Of a stretch of DNA of 64,000 nucleotides, positions 34,069 to 42,969 are shown one piece after another (the stretch's first letter is position 1; the number at the start of each line of letters is the position of its first letter). Below the pieces are notes generated by a model. That model worked only from the letters and a program-made list of their open reading frames with translations. It was not told the DNA's origin and did not search any database. The position numbers were made by a program, and so were the translations under genes. The stretch comes from Acidimicrobiia bacterium (GTDB lineage: Bacteria; Actinomycetota; Acidimicrobiia; IMCC26256; PALSA-610): positions 99,217-163,216 of the forward strand of contig JBBQGQ010000005.1 of the NCBI GenBank assembly GCA_038323195.1, in the 5' to 3' direction.

Positions 34069-34872
34069 GTGACACGCGTGCAGGAGCTGTTCGACTTGTC
34101 CGGGCAGGTCGCGGTGCTGACCGGCGTTGCGAGCGGGATCGGCAAGGCATCCGCGCGCATGCTCTCGGCGGCCGGCGCGACGATCGTCGGAGGCGACATC
34201 GACGAGCCCGGCGCGCAGGTGACGGCCGACGAGATCGCCGCGGAGGGCGGTACGGCTCGGGCCCAGCGCGTCGACGTCACCCAGCGCGCCGACGTCGACG
34301 CCCTGGTCGACCGCGCGCAGTCCGAGTTCGGTCGCGTCGACATCATGGGAAACATCGCCGGCATCCCGCACAACAAGATGGTCGCCGAGTGCAGCGACGA
34401 GGAGTTCGAACGGGTCTTGGCGATCAATCTGAAGAGCGTCTTCTACGGATGCCAGGCCGCGATCCGGCACATGATTCCGCAGGGCTCCGGCAATATCGTC
34501 AACATCTCCTCGGGCGCGATCGACACGCCGGCGCCGACGCTCGCGTGCTACGGGATGACGAAGGCGGCGGTGGCGATGCTCACCAAGACGCTCGCGACCG
34601 AGGTCGGTCGCAACGGCATCCGCGTGAACGCGATCGCGCCGGGAATGATCCTGACGAATTTCTCGCGCCACAACTTCACCGACGCCGACGGCAACGTCGT
34701 GCCCGAGAAGCTCGAGCAGTACCACAAGCGCGCCGGCGCGATGGCACCGCTCGGGCGCGCTGGTGAGGCCGAGGATGTCGCCCGCGCGTTCCTGTACCTC
34801 GTCTCCGAGGCGGCCGCGTTCGTGACGGGTCAGATCGAACGCCCCAACGGTGGCGTGTCGATGCCCTGGTAG
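34069..34872 (+). CDS. SDR family oxidoreductase
   Basis: GTG at 34069 preceded by GAAAGG. TGVASGIG Rossmann motif and YGMTK catalytic motif. Confidence 0.85.
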   Translation: MTRVQELFDLSGQVAVLTGVASGIGKASARMLSAAGATIVGGDIDEPGAQVTADEIAAEGGTARAQRVDVTQRADVDALVDRAQSEFGRVDIMGNIAGIPHNKMVAECSDEEFERVLAINLKSVFYGCQAAIRHMIPQGSGNIVNISSGAIDTPAPTLACYGMTKAAVAMLTKTLATEVGRNGIRVNAIAPGMILTNFSRHNFTDADGNVVPEKLEQYHKRAGAMAPLGRAGEAEDVARAFLYLVSEAAAFVTGQIERPNGGVSMPW

Positions 34873-34895
34873 TTCAGGGCCACTGGTAGGTCAGG
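34866..34895. repeat. 13-bp direct repeat (12/13, period 17) carrying the stops of two convergent genes
   Basis: CTGGTAGTTCAGG at 34866-34878 and CTGGTAGGTCAGG at 34883-34895. Copy 1 supplies the TAG of the SDR gene. Copy 2 supplies the TCA (TGA on the minus strand) of the carboxypeptidase gene. Confidence 0.85.
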
Positions 34896-36213
34896 CGGTC
34901 CCGCGATCGGGGCGACGCACCGGGCGCACGCGGACGTGTGACTCGACCGGAGGGCCGATGCGCGTACCGGAGCGATAACGACCGTCGACCACCGGCAGGC
35001 CACCGCTGCGCATCGCGCTGATGCGCTGCCGACGCCGGGCGAGCCGCTGGATTCGCTGTCGCTTCACCGCGCGCCGGCGAAACACGATCGCGACCGCCGA
35101 GAGGAGTATCAACAAGATGACGATGTTGCGCGGACGCAGGAGTCCGGCCGAATGATGCGTGGTGCTCACTGAGGCGGTCCGCGCGTGTGTGGTCGCGGCC
35201 GCGAGCGGCGGCGAGTCGAGCACGGGGACCACGGCGGGCACAGTGACCACCGTCGGTGTGGTCGGCTTCGAGGCGTTACCGAGCTTCGCGAATGCGGTCT
35301 GGTCGGCGGCTCGGTCCGAGCAGCGCGAGACCGCGACGGGCGGCACGGAGCCGCCGGTGCCGGCCGCGCCCGGCGCCATCGCGAATCCGGCGTCGAGCAA
35401 CGACGCGGCCTCCTGGTAGCCGGCGTCGGGCGCGCCGAGGATGACCGCGATGAGCGTGCGCCCGTTGCGGGTCGCCGCCGCGACCAACGCGTGCTGCGAA
35501 AGGTTGGTGAAACCGGTCTTGAAGCCGATCGCGCCCAGATAGTCGTAGCCCCCACCCGGGAGCATCTTGTTGTGGTTGATCAGATGATGCGACACGCCGG
35601 TGGGGTCGACGAACGAGTACTCGTGCCGCGCCGCCCACTTTGCGATGTCGGGTACGGCGAGCGCGTTGCGGGTGGCGATCGCGAGGTCGTACGCGCTCAT
35701 GAACGGACCGCCCTTGAACGACGTCGTGTCGTCGAGGCCGGCCGGGTCGCCGAGCGTGCTGTCGCGCAATCCCAGTTGACGCGCGGTCGCGGCGAGATCC
35801 GTCGCGAACCCGTCGAGGCTCCCGCCGACGGTGTCGGCAATCGCATAGGCCGCGTCGTTTGCCGAGACCATCATCATCGACGCCATGATCTGGTCGAGCG
35901 GCCACGGCTTGTCGACCGGGAGACCGATGCGCATCGTCTCGACGGTCGCGTCCCTCGCGTTCGCCGTCACCATCGCGCCGGGGCACAGCCGCTCGACCGC
36001 GGTAAGGGCGGTAATGATCTTGGCGGTGCTCGCAGGGTGGATCGCCTGGTGGATGTTGTCGCCGATGAGGATCCGGCCGGTGCCGGCGTCGACGACGATG
36101 TCGGCCTTGGGCGAGGGGAGCCCCGCAGCCGCCGCCGGACCCGCCGCGGTGACCATGGCGACCACGACCGTGGCCGCGCCGGCAAACGCGGCGAAGCGGC
36201 GGGGGCGGCACAT
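34891..36213 (-). CDS. D-alanyl-D-alanine carboxypeptidase (S11, low-molecular-weight PBP)
   Basis: Signal peptide, ASTAK (SxxK), SAND (SxN) and KTGFT (KTG) motifs, plus a C-terminal TM anchor and a basic tail. Confidence 0.9.
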   Translation of the reverse strand: MCRPRRFAAFAGAATVVVAMVTAAGPAAAAGLPSPKADIVVDAGTGRILIGDNIHQAIHPASTAKIITALTAVERLCPGAMVTANARDATVETMRIGLPVDKPWPLDQIMASMMMVSANDAAYAIADTVGGSLDGFATDLAATARQLGLRDSTLGDPAGLDDTTSFKGGPFMSAYDLAIATRNALAVPDIAKWAARHEYSFVDPTGVSHHLINHNKMLPGGGYDYLGAIGFKTGFTNLSQHALVAAATRNGRTLIAVILGAPDAGYQEAASLLDAGFAMAPGAAGTGGSVPPVAVSRCSDRAADQTAFAKLGNASKPTTPTVVTVPAVVPVLDSPPLAAATTHARTASVSTTHHSAGLLRPRNIVILLILLSAVAIVFRRRAVKRQRIQRLARRRQRISAMRSGGLPVVDGRYRSGTRIGPPVESHVRVRPVRRPDRGTA

Positions 36214-36305
36214 GGCCCTCCAGCGTAGGCGCTACCTGTTCCCAGGGGACGGCTCGCGCCGGAAGCGCCTGGGGCTCGTACGCGCCGACGTGCCACCATG
36301 GAGTC

Positions 36306-37508
36306 GTGCCCAACTCCGCGTCTCGCATCTCGGCTCGCATCGCCGCCATCCAGGAGTCCGCGACCCTCGCGGTCGACGCGAAGGCCAAGGCGCTCAAGGC
36401 CGCGGGCGAGAACGTCATCGGCTTCGGGGCCGGCGAGCCCGACTTCCCGACACCCGCGAACGTCGTGGAGGCGGCGATCGCGGCATGCCGCGACCCCCGC
36501 TACCACCACTACTCGCCGACTCCGGGTCTGCCCGAGCTGCGCGAGGCGATCGCGTTCAAGACCAAGCGCGACTCCGGCGTCGATTGCTCCGCTGCGCAGG
36601 TCTTGGTCACGAACGGTGGCAAGCACGCGGTGTACAACACCTTCCAGGCGCTGTGCAACGACGGCGACGAAGTGCTCGTGCCGGCGCCGTACTGGACGTC
36701 CTACCCCGAGGTCATCACCTTGGCGGGAGGTGTGCCGGTCGTGCTGGCGACCTCGGAGGCCGACGGCTTTCGCGTCACGATCGATCAGCTCGACGCGGCG
36801 TGCACGTCCCGCACCAAGGCGTTGCTCTTCGTCTCGCCGAGCAACCCGACCGGCGCGGTCTATCCGCCCGAGGCCGTCGAGGCGATCGGCCGCTGGGCGC
36901 TCGAGCGCGGCATCTGGGTGGTCACCGACGAGATCTACGAGCACCTCACGTACGACAGTCACGTGTTCTCCTCGATGCCCGGCCTCGTTCCGGAGCTGCT
37001 GGATCGTTGCGTGATCGTGAACGGCGTCGCGAAGACGTACGCCATGACCGGCTGGCGCGTCGGATGGATGATCGGGCCCCCCGACGTGATCACCGCCGCG
37101 ACCAACCTTCAGTCGCATTCGACCTCGAACGTCTCGAACGTCGCGCAGGCTGCCACGCTCGCCGCGGTGAGCGGCGACCTTTCAGCCGTGGCCGAGATGC
37201 GGGCGGCATTCGCGCGACGCGGCCACACGATGTACGAGCTCTTGTCGAAGATCGAAGGTGTGAGCGTGCTCGCGCCGCAGGGTGCGTTCTATTGCTTCCC
37301 GTCCTTCGAGGGCGTGCTCGGGCGCGAGATCGCCGGGCGTACCCCGCAGACGACGCTCGATCTGTGCGCGCTGTTGCTCGATGTCGCCAAGGTCGCGATC
37401 GTTCCCGGCGAGGCGTTCGGCGCGCCCGGCTACGCCCGGTTGTCGTTCGCGCTCGGCGACGACGACCTCGGTGAGGGCGTGCGCCGGATCGCCGACCTCC
37501 TGGCGTAA
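36306..37508 (+). CDS. pyridoxal-phosphate-dependent aminotransferase (aspartate aminotransferase-like, class I)
   Basis: 400 aa. [13 protein letters not shown] and a PLP-lysine region [16 protein letters not shown]. Confidence 0.9.
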   Translation: MPNSASRISARIAAIQESATLAVDAKAKALKAAGENVIGFGAGEPDFPTPANVVEAAIAACRDPRYHHYSPTPGLPELREAIAFKTKRDSGVDCSAAQVLVTNGGKHAVYNTFQALCNDGDEVLVPAPYWTSYPEVITLAGGVPVVLATSEADGFRVTIDQLDAACTSRTKALLFVSPSNPTGAVYPPEAVEAIGRWALERGIWVVTDEIYEHLTYDSHVFSSMPGLVPELLDRCVIVNGVAKTYAMTGWRVGWMIGPPDVITAATNLQSHSTSNVSNVAQAATLAAVSGDLSAVAEMRAAFARRGHTMYELLSKIEGVSVLAPQGAFYCFPSFEGVLGREIAGRTPQTTLDLCALLLDVAKVAIVPGEAFGAPGYARLSFALGDDDLGEGVRRIADLLA

Positions 37509-37510
37509 TT

Positions 37511-37528
37511 TTCCGAGGGTTCCGAGGG
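37511..37528. repeat. perfect 9-bp tandem duplication TTCCGAGGG x2
   Basis: Copies at 37511-37519 and 37520-37528, 3 nt after the aminotransferase stop. A related GGTTCGAGGG lies at 37541-37550. Confidence 0.9.
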
Positions 37529-37580
37529 CGATGCTGCAGGGGTTCGAGGGCCACGGCCGGCGGCCGTCTACCCTCGGGCG

Positions 37581-39158
37581 ATGGCAGCGCGCGTTCTCGT
37601 CTCCGAAGCCCTCGCCGAGCGCGGCCTCGTCGCCATGCGCACCGCCGGCCTCGACGTCGACGTGCAGATCGGCCTCTCCGCCGAGCAGCTGCTCCTGGCG
37701 GTGAAGGGCGTGCGGGCGCTCGTGATCCGCAGTGCGACCCAGGTGACGGCCGAGGTGCTGGAGGCGGCCGCGGACCTGGTCGTCGTCGGAAGGGCGGGGA
37801 TCGGACTCGACAACGTCGACGTCACCGAGGCGACCCGGCGCGGTGTCATGGTCGTCAACGCGCCCCAGTCGAACATCCTGTCGGCGGCCGAGCACACGCT
37901 CGCGCTGTTGCTCGCGCAGGCGCGCAACGTGCCCCAGGCCAACGCCGACCTGAAGGCCGGCGCCTGGAACCGTTCGAAATGGGAAGGCGTCGAGCTACAC
38001 GGCAAGACGCTCGGCATCGTTGGCCTCGGGCGGGTCGGCGTGCTCGTCGCGCAGCGCGCGCACTCGTTCGGCATGCGGCTCATCGCGTACGACCCGTTCG
38101 TGAGTCCCGATCGGGCTCGCCAGCTCGGCGTAGCGCTCGTTCCGACCATCGACGAGCTGTTCACGATCTCCGACTTCGTCTCCATCCATGCGACGAAGAC
38201 GCCGGAGACGGTCGGGCTCGTCAACGCGTCCGTGCTCGCCCACGCCAAGCCCGGGTTGCGGCTCGTCAACGCGGGTCGCGGCGGCATCGTCGACGAGGAC
38301 GCGCTCGCGGCCGCGATCGCCGACGGGCGCCTCGGGGGCGCCGCGATCGACACGTTTGCCAAGGAACCGACCACCGAGTCGCCCTTGTTCTCCTTGGAGA
38401 ACGTCGTTGTCACCCCGCATCTGGGCGCCTCGACCGCCGAGGCCCAGGACAAAGCGGGCGAGACGATCGCGGAACAGGTGATCCTCGCGTTGCGCGGCGA
38501 CTTCGTGCCGTTCGCCGTCAACGTCGCCGCGTCCGAGGCGTCCGAGATCGTCCGCCCGTACCTCCCGTTGGCCGAGCGGGTCGGTCGGCTCTTCACGGGC
38601 CTGGCCGGGGGCGCACCCTCTACCCTCAACATCGAATACGAAGGCGAGATCGCCGACTACGACTGCCGCGTCCTCACCCTGTCGGTGTTGAAGGGCGTGC
38701 TCTCGCCCGTCGTCGCCGAACCGGTTTCGTTCGTCAACGCGCCACAGATCGCCGAGCAACGCGGCATATCAGTACGGGAGACCAAGTCGTCCGACGCGCT
38801 CGACTACGTGAATCTCATCGTCGTTCGCGGCGATCAGGGCACGCACGTCGCGGCCACGTTGTTCGGCAAGCACCAGGCGCCACGCATCGTCGGGATCGAC
38901 GGGCACCAGGTCGACCTCCCGCCGGCGCGGCACATGCTCGTGGTGCACAACGACGACCGCCCGGGCATGATCGGTCGCGTCGCGACCGTGCTCGGCAACA
39001 CCGAAATCAACATCTCGAACATGGACGTCGGCCAGAGCCCGAGCGGCGAGGCGGCCTTGATGGTGATCGCGACCGGAACAGCAGTACCGGCTCCGGTGGT
39101 CGAACAAGTGAGGCGTCAGCCGGGCGTGCAATCGGCGCGCGCGATCGACCTGGGCTGA
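37581..39158 (+). CDS. serA: D-3-phosphoglycerate dehydrogenase (long form with ACT domain)
   Basis: 525 aa with NAD-binding GIVGLGRVG, catalytic-domain motifs and a C-terminal ACT-like region. Confidence 0.95.
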   Translation: MAARVLVSEALAERGLVAMRTAGLDVDVQIGLSAEQLLLAVKGVRALVIRSATQVTAEVLEAAADLVVVGRAGIGLDNVDVTEATRRGVMVVNAPQSNILSAAEHTLALLLAQARNVPQANADLKAGAWNRSKWEGVELHGKTLGIVGLGRVGVLVAQRAHSFGMRLIAYDPFVSPDRARQLGVALVPTIDELFTISDFVSIHATKTPETVGLVNASVLAHAKPGLRLVNAGRGGIVDEDALAAAIADGRLGGAAIDTFAKEPTTESPLFSLENVVVTPHLGASTAEAQDKAGETIAEQVILALRGDFVPFAVNVAASEASEIVRPYLPLAERVGRLFTGLAGGAPSTLNIEYEGEIADYDCRVLTLSVLKGVLSPVVAEPVSFVNAPQIAEQRGISVRETKSSDALDYVNLIVVRGDQGTHVAATLFGKHQAPRIVGIDGHQVDLPPARHMLVVHNDDRPGMIGRVATVLGNTEINISNMDVGQSPSGEAALMVIATGTAVPAPVVEQVRRQPGVQSARAIDLG

Positions 39159-39163
39159 TCGCG

Positions 39164-39613
39164 TCAGACCTTCGAGGCCCGCAAGCCGTCGGCCTCCGCC
39201 GCCGGCTCGTCGACGTAGCAGCGGTCGGGCTTCGTCCGCGTATAGTTCGCGCCACCGGGCCGGTGGTAGATCCCGCTCGCGAGCTTCGCCTTGATCGGAT
39301 GCGTCGCCGGGCAGCTGCCGTCGGCGTTCGGCTCGACCCACGCGTGTGTCGGCGCGCGGCGTGCGGGAGCGCGTGCGGAAGGGAGTGCGGGAGGGCGTGC
39401 AGAAGAACGCGCGGGAGGACCGGCGGAAGGTGCCGCGGGTGTGGTGACCGGCTCCGGAGTGCTGCGCGGCACGGGCGGGAAGGGGAACGGCGCCGTCGAC
39501 CATTCCACGCCGCGCGCGGGGTCGGCGGTTCGAGCGCTCCAGGCGCGCCAAGCCGCGTACCCGATGCCGCCCAGGATTCCGGCGCCGAGCGCACGCTTCA
39601 GATGTTTATGCAT
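39164..39613 (-). CDS. membrane-anchored Pro/Ala-rich protein with a small C-terminal Cys-bracketed domain
   Basis: 149 aa with an N-terminal TM helix (ALGAGILGGIGYAAW), a low-complexity linker and the C-terminal module CPATHPIKAKLASGIYHRPGGANYTRTKPDRCY. From memory this resembles a small conserved actinobacterial domain; not verified. Confidence 0.65.
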   Translation of the reverse strand: MHKHLKRALGAGILGGIGYAAWRAWSARTADPARGVEWSTAPFPFPPVPRSTPEPVTTPAAPSAGPPARSSARPPALPSARAPARRAPTHAWVEPNADGSCPATHPIKAKLASGIYHRPGGANYTRTKPDRCYVDEPAAEADGLRASKV

Positions 39614-39712
39614 CGTGTTTAGCCATTGGGGGGTTTACCCATTGGGCCTCCGCATTTGTCCTCATCCGGCTGGATCTTCTCATGCGCGAGCCGCTCGCTG
39701 CCGACCAAAGGT

Positions 39713-39741
39713 TTGACCGGTGCCGTCGACACTGCCAGACT
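39713..39741 (+). promoter_or_regulatory. candidate promoter of the leuA leader (TTGACC - 17 nt - CAGACT)
   Basis: The -35-like hexamer at 39713-39718 and the -10-like hexamer (A2, T6) at 39736-39741 lie 10 nt before the leader ATG, which would make the leader peptide (nearly) leaderless. Confidence 0.35.
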
Positions 39742-39751
39742 GGCGGGACTT

Positions 39752-39805
39752 ATGCGCAAGGAGACAACGGCTTTCGCAGCTCTGCTGGGCCTCCTCCTTA
39801 TATAG
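39752..39805 (+). promoter_or_regulatory. Leu-rich leader peptide ORF (MRKETTAFAALLGLLLI) of a leuA attenuator
   Basis: ATG CGC AAG GAG ACA ACG GCT TTC GCA GCT CTG CTG GGC CTC CTC CTT ATA TAG. Five Leu codons fall in the last eight positions. It is followed by a hairpin, a terminator and then leuA. Confidence 0.7.
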
Positions 39806-39835
39806 GCGCGGGCGCCCACCGGTGCTCGCGCTCGA

Positions 39836-39866
39836 CCCTCCGTGCCGACCCGGCCGGGGGGTTTTT
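39836..39866 (+). terminator. intrinsic terminator of the leuA attenuator
   Basis: CCCTCCGTGCCG-ACC-CGGCCGGGGGG forms about 11 bp (one bulged T, one G-U pair) and is followed by TTTTT (39862-39866), about 105 nt upstream of the leuA ATG. Confidence 0.65.
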
Positions 39867-39972
39867 CGTTGCATAACGGTGCGGTGAACGGAGCCGACGG
39901 CGGAGTGAGCTCGCCAGCGAGCGAACGACAGCGGGACGGGTATCCCGGCCCGCAGAGAGTGAGCGAACAAAG

Positions 39973-41514
39973 ATGGACATGGTCAGGATCTTCGACACGA
40001 CCCTGCGTGACGGCGAGCAATCGCCCGGGATCTCGCTCGACGTCACCGAGAAGCTCGAGATCGCCGACCAGCTCGCACGCCTCGGGGTCGACGTGATCGA
40101 AGCGGGCTTCCCGATCGCGTCCGACGGCGATTTCGAGTCGGTCGAGGCCATCGCCAAGGTGGTGAAGGGGCCGATCATCACCGCCTTGTCGCGTACCGGC
40201 TTCAAGGACGTCGACCGGGCGTGGGAGGCGGTGCGGCACGCCGAGAGGCCCCGCATCCACGTGTTCATCGCGACGTCGAAGATCCACATGGAGAAGAAGC
40301 TCCGCATGACCCCGGAGCAGGTGAAGCACGAGGCCGAGGTGGCGGTGGCGCGCGCCAAGGGTTACGTGGACGACGTCGAGTTCTCGCCCGAGGACGGGTA
40401 CCGCTCCGATCCCGACTTCATGTGCGAGGTGTGCCAGATCGCGGTCGACAACGGCGCGACGACGCTCAACATCCCCGACACCGTCGGCTTCGCGGTGCCG
40501 GACGACTACGGCCGGCTGATCAAGCTCGTCATCGACACCGTGAAGGGCGATTTCGTCGTGTCGACGCACTGCCACAACGATCTCGGCCTTGCAGTCGCGA
40601 ACTCGCTCGCCGGCGTCGCGAACGGCGCCCGCCAGGTCGAGTGCGCGATCAACGGGCTCGGCGAGCGTGCCGGCAACGCCGCGCTCGAAGAGGTCGTGAT
40701 GGCGATCCGCACTCGGCGCGATTACTTCCACACGGTCGACGTGAACGTCCGCACGGAAGAGTTGGCCCGAACCTCGCGCATGGTCGCGCGGCTCACCGGC
40801 TACCACGTGCAGTACAACAAGGCGGTCGTCGGCCGCAACGCGTTCGCGCACGAGGCCGGCATCCACCAGCACGGCGTGTTGGCCGACCGGGAGACCTACG
40901 AGATCATCGACGCGTCGACGGTGGGTCAGGAGGCCGCCCAGATCGTGCTCGGCAAGCACTCGGGTCGCCACGCGTTCGCCGACACGCTCGAGAAGATGGG
41001 AATCCATGTTCAGGGCGACGCGCTGAACAGTGCGTTCGTGCGCTTCAAGGAGCTCGCCGACAAGAAGGTCGAGATCACCGACGCCGACCTCGAGGCGATC
41101 ATCGCCGAGGAGCTCGGCAGTGGCATGGTGCACCGTTACGGCTTGCACGAGCTCGAGGTGCGCGGTGGTACGAGCATTCCGCCGGTCGCCCGCGTCGTGC
41201 TGACCGATGCGGACGGCAAGATCGAGGCGACCGGCACCGGAGACGGCATGATCGACGCCGCGATCGCCGCGATCGGAACGGCGACGGGGGTGCAGGGAAA
41301 GCTCGGCAACTTCCAGGTGTCGTCGGTGACGGGCGGCGCCGACGCGCTCGGTGCGGTCGCGGTGACGGTCGACGCGGAAGGGCGCAAGGTGACGGGTCGC
41401 GGTGTCGCGACCGACGTCGTGGAGGCCTCCGCGCGTGCGTATCTCAACGCCGTGAACAAGCTCGTCCGCATGCGCGGCCGCGGCGAGGTCGACGTGTCCA
41501 CGGTCGGACCGTGA
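39973..41514 (+). CDS. leuA: 2-isopropylmalate synthase
   Basis: 513 aa. [29 protein letters not shown] and a C-terminal LeuA dimerisation/regulatory domain. Confidence 0.95.
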   Translation: MDMVRIFDTTLRDGEQSPGISLDVTEKLEIADQLARLGVDVIEAGFPIASDGDFESVEAIAKVVKGPIITALSRTGFKDVDRAWEAVRHAERPRIHVFIATSKIHMEKKLRMTPEQVKHEAEVAVARAKGYVDDVEFSPEDGYRSDPDFMCEVCQIAVDNGATTLNIPDTVGFAVPDDYGRLIKLVIDTVKGDFVVSTHCHNDLGLAVANSLAGVANGARQVECAINGLGERAGNAALEEVVMAIRTRRDYFHTVDVNVRTEELARTSRMVARLTGYHVQYNKAVVGRNAFAHEAGIHQHGVLADRETYEIIDASTVGQEAAQIVLGKHSGRHAFADTLEKMGIHVQGDALNSAFVRFKELADKKVEITDADLEAIIAEELGSGMVHRYGLHELEVRGGTSIPPVARVVLTDADGKIEATGTGDGMIDAAIAAIGTATGVQGKLGNFQVSSVTGGADALGAVAVTVDAEGRKVTGRGVATDVVEASARAYLNAVNKLVRMRGRGEVDVSTVGP

Positions 41515-41515
41515 C

Positions 41516-42175
41516 ATGACGGTCAATCTCTGGGTCAACGAGGAACATGCGGTGGCCTACCTGCGGGAGCGGGACACGCTCCCGCACCGCGTCGATGCGC
41601 TCGAGGTGTTGTGCGAGCTGTTACCCGAGCGGGTGGGCCGCGTCCTCGATCTCGGGACCGGTGACGGCGTCACGCTCGCACTCGTGCTCGCGGCCCGGCC
41701 CGAGGCGAGCGGCGTGGGCCTCGATTTCGGCGAGGAGATGCTCCGCCGCGCGCAGGACCGCTTCGCGGTCGAGCCGCGGGTCGAGATCGACCGGCACGAT
41801 CTCGACCGGTCCCTGCCGCCTAGCTTGGGTGACTTCGACGTCGTGGTGTCGAGCTTTGCGATCCATCACCTTGCACCGGCCCGCCAGCACGCGCTCTACC
41901 GAGAGGTGTTCGCAGTCTTGCGTCCGGGTGGACGCTTCGTGAACGCCGAGCACGTTGCGTCGCCGACCGAGGAGTTGCACCAGGAGTTTCTCGCCGCGCT
42001 CGGACGCACGCCCGCCGAGGACGATCCATCCAACCAGCTCGTCGCCGTCGAACAGCATCTGAGCTGGTTGAACGAGGTCGGTTTCGTGAATTCTGAGTGC
42101 TTTTGGAAATGGCGCGAGCTTGCGGTCGTCTCGGGGACGCGGCCGCGGGAACAATCAGGAGGCCTCGAACCTTGA
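41516..42175 (+). CDS. class I SAM-dependent methyltransferase
   Basis: ATG 1 nt after the leuA stop. Motif I VLDLGTGDG, and post-I/II motifs (VVSSFAIHHL, LRPGGRF). Confidence 0.85.
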   Translation: MTVNLWVNEEHAVAYLRERDTLPHRVDALEVLCELLPERVGRVLDLGTGDGVTLALVLAARPEASGVGLDFGEEMLRRAQDRFAVEPRVEIDRHDLDRSLPPSLGDFDVVVSSFAIHHLAPARQHALYREVFAVLRPGGRFVNAEHVASPTEELHQEFLAALGRTPAEDDPSNQLVAVEQHLSWLNEVGFVNSECFWKWRELAVVSGTRPREQSGGLEP

Positions 42176-42227
42176 AACACACGACGACACCGCAGACATC
42201 AGGACACGACATCAGTGGAGGCGTGGG

Positions 42228-42350
42228 ATGAGCGTCATCGATTTCTTCGAGTATCTGGTCGCGAGTGAGCAGACGGTCGACCTGGCGCACGATCTCGCCG
42301 ACCTGTGGGTCGCTCGTCAGCTGGTCGACGTGTTCGAACCCGCCGCCTGA
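42228..42350 (+). CDS. candidate 40-aa acidic small protein (MSVIDFFEYLVASEQTVDLAHDLADLWVARQLVDVFEPAA)
   Basis: ATG preceded by GGAGG with a 6-nt spacer. No similarity that I recognise. It sits between convergent genes. Confidence 0.35.
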   Translation: MSVIDFFEYLVASEQTVDLAHDLADLWVARQLVDVFEPAA

Positions 42351-42366
42351 GTGCAGTCGAGCGGGT

Positions 42367-42969
42367 TCAGGCGGACGGGCCGGCCGTCGGCAGCCACGTC
42401 GGCCGCGTCGACTCGTAGGCATCGATCGCGTGGGCGTGTCGCAACGAGAGTCCGACATCGTCGAGCCCGTTGAGCAGCCGATACTGCGTGAAGTCGTCGA
42501 GCTCGAATCCGACATCGAGGTCGATCGCCGGTGCCGCGACCCGCTTGCGTTCCACGTCGACGACGATCTCGAGGTTCGGATCTTCTTCGATCGCCTCCCA
42601 GAGCCGGTGGACCGCCGCCTCGGGGATCGCCGCCACGACGAGGCCCATCTTTCCGGAGTTGTTGCGGAAGATGTCGGCGAAGCGCGTCGAGACCACGGCT
42701 TCGAAGCCGTAGTCCATGAGTGCCCAGACCGCGTGCTCACGCGACGAGCCGGTGCCGAAGTTGGGCCCGGCCACGAGCACGTTCGCGCCCCGGTAGCGCT
42801 CCTGGTTGAGCACGAAGTCGGAGTTCTCGCGCCACTCGGAGAACAGACCCTCGCCGAAGCCCGTGCGCTCGACGCGCTTCAGCCAGTCGCTCGGGATGAT
42901 CTGGTCGGTGTCGACATCGGAGCGCACCAGCGGCACTCCGCGCCCGGTGATCACACTCACCTTCTCCAT
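42367..42969 (-). CDS. leuD: 3-isopropylmalate dehydratase small subunit
   Basis: ATG at 42969 ([26 protein letters not shown]...GPNFGTGSSREHA). TAATG overlap with the leuC stop. Confidence 0.95.
   Translation of the reverse strand: MEKVSVITGRGVPLVRSDVDTDQIIPSDWLKRVERTGFGEGLFSEWRENSDFVLNQERYRGANVLVAGPNFGTGSSREHAVWALMDYGFEAVVSTRFADIFRNNSGKMGLVVAAIPEAAVHRLWEAIEEDPNLEIVVDVERKRVAAPAIDLDVGFELDDFTQYRLLNGLDDVGLSLRHAHAIDAYESTRPTWLPTAGPSA

Noticed and set aside
39614-39972. A T-box riboswitch or other known riboswitch upstream of leuA.
   Set aside because: I could not find a T-box consensus (AGGGTGGNACCGCG-like) or a specifier-loop layout. The Leu-codon mini-ORF plus terminator explains the region better.
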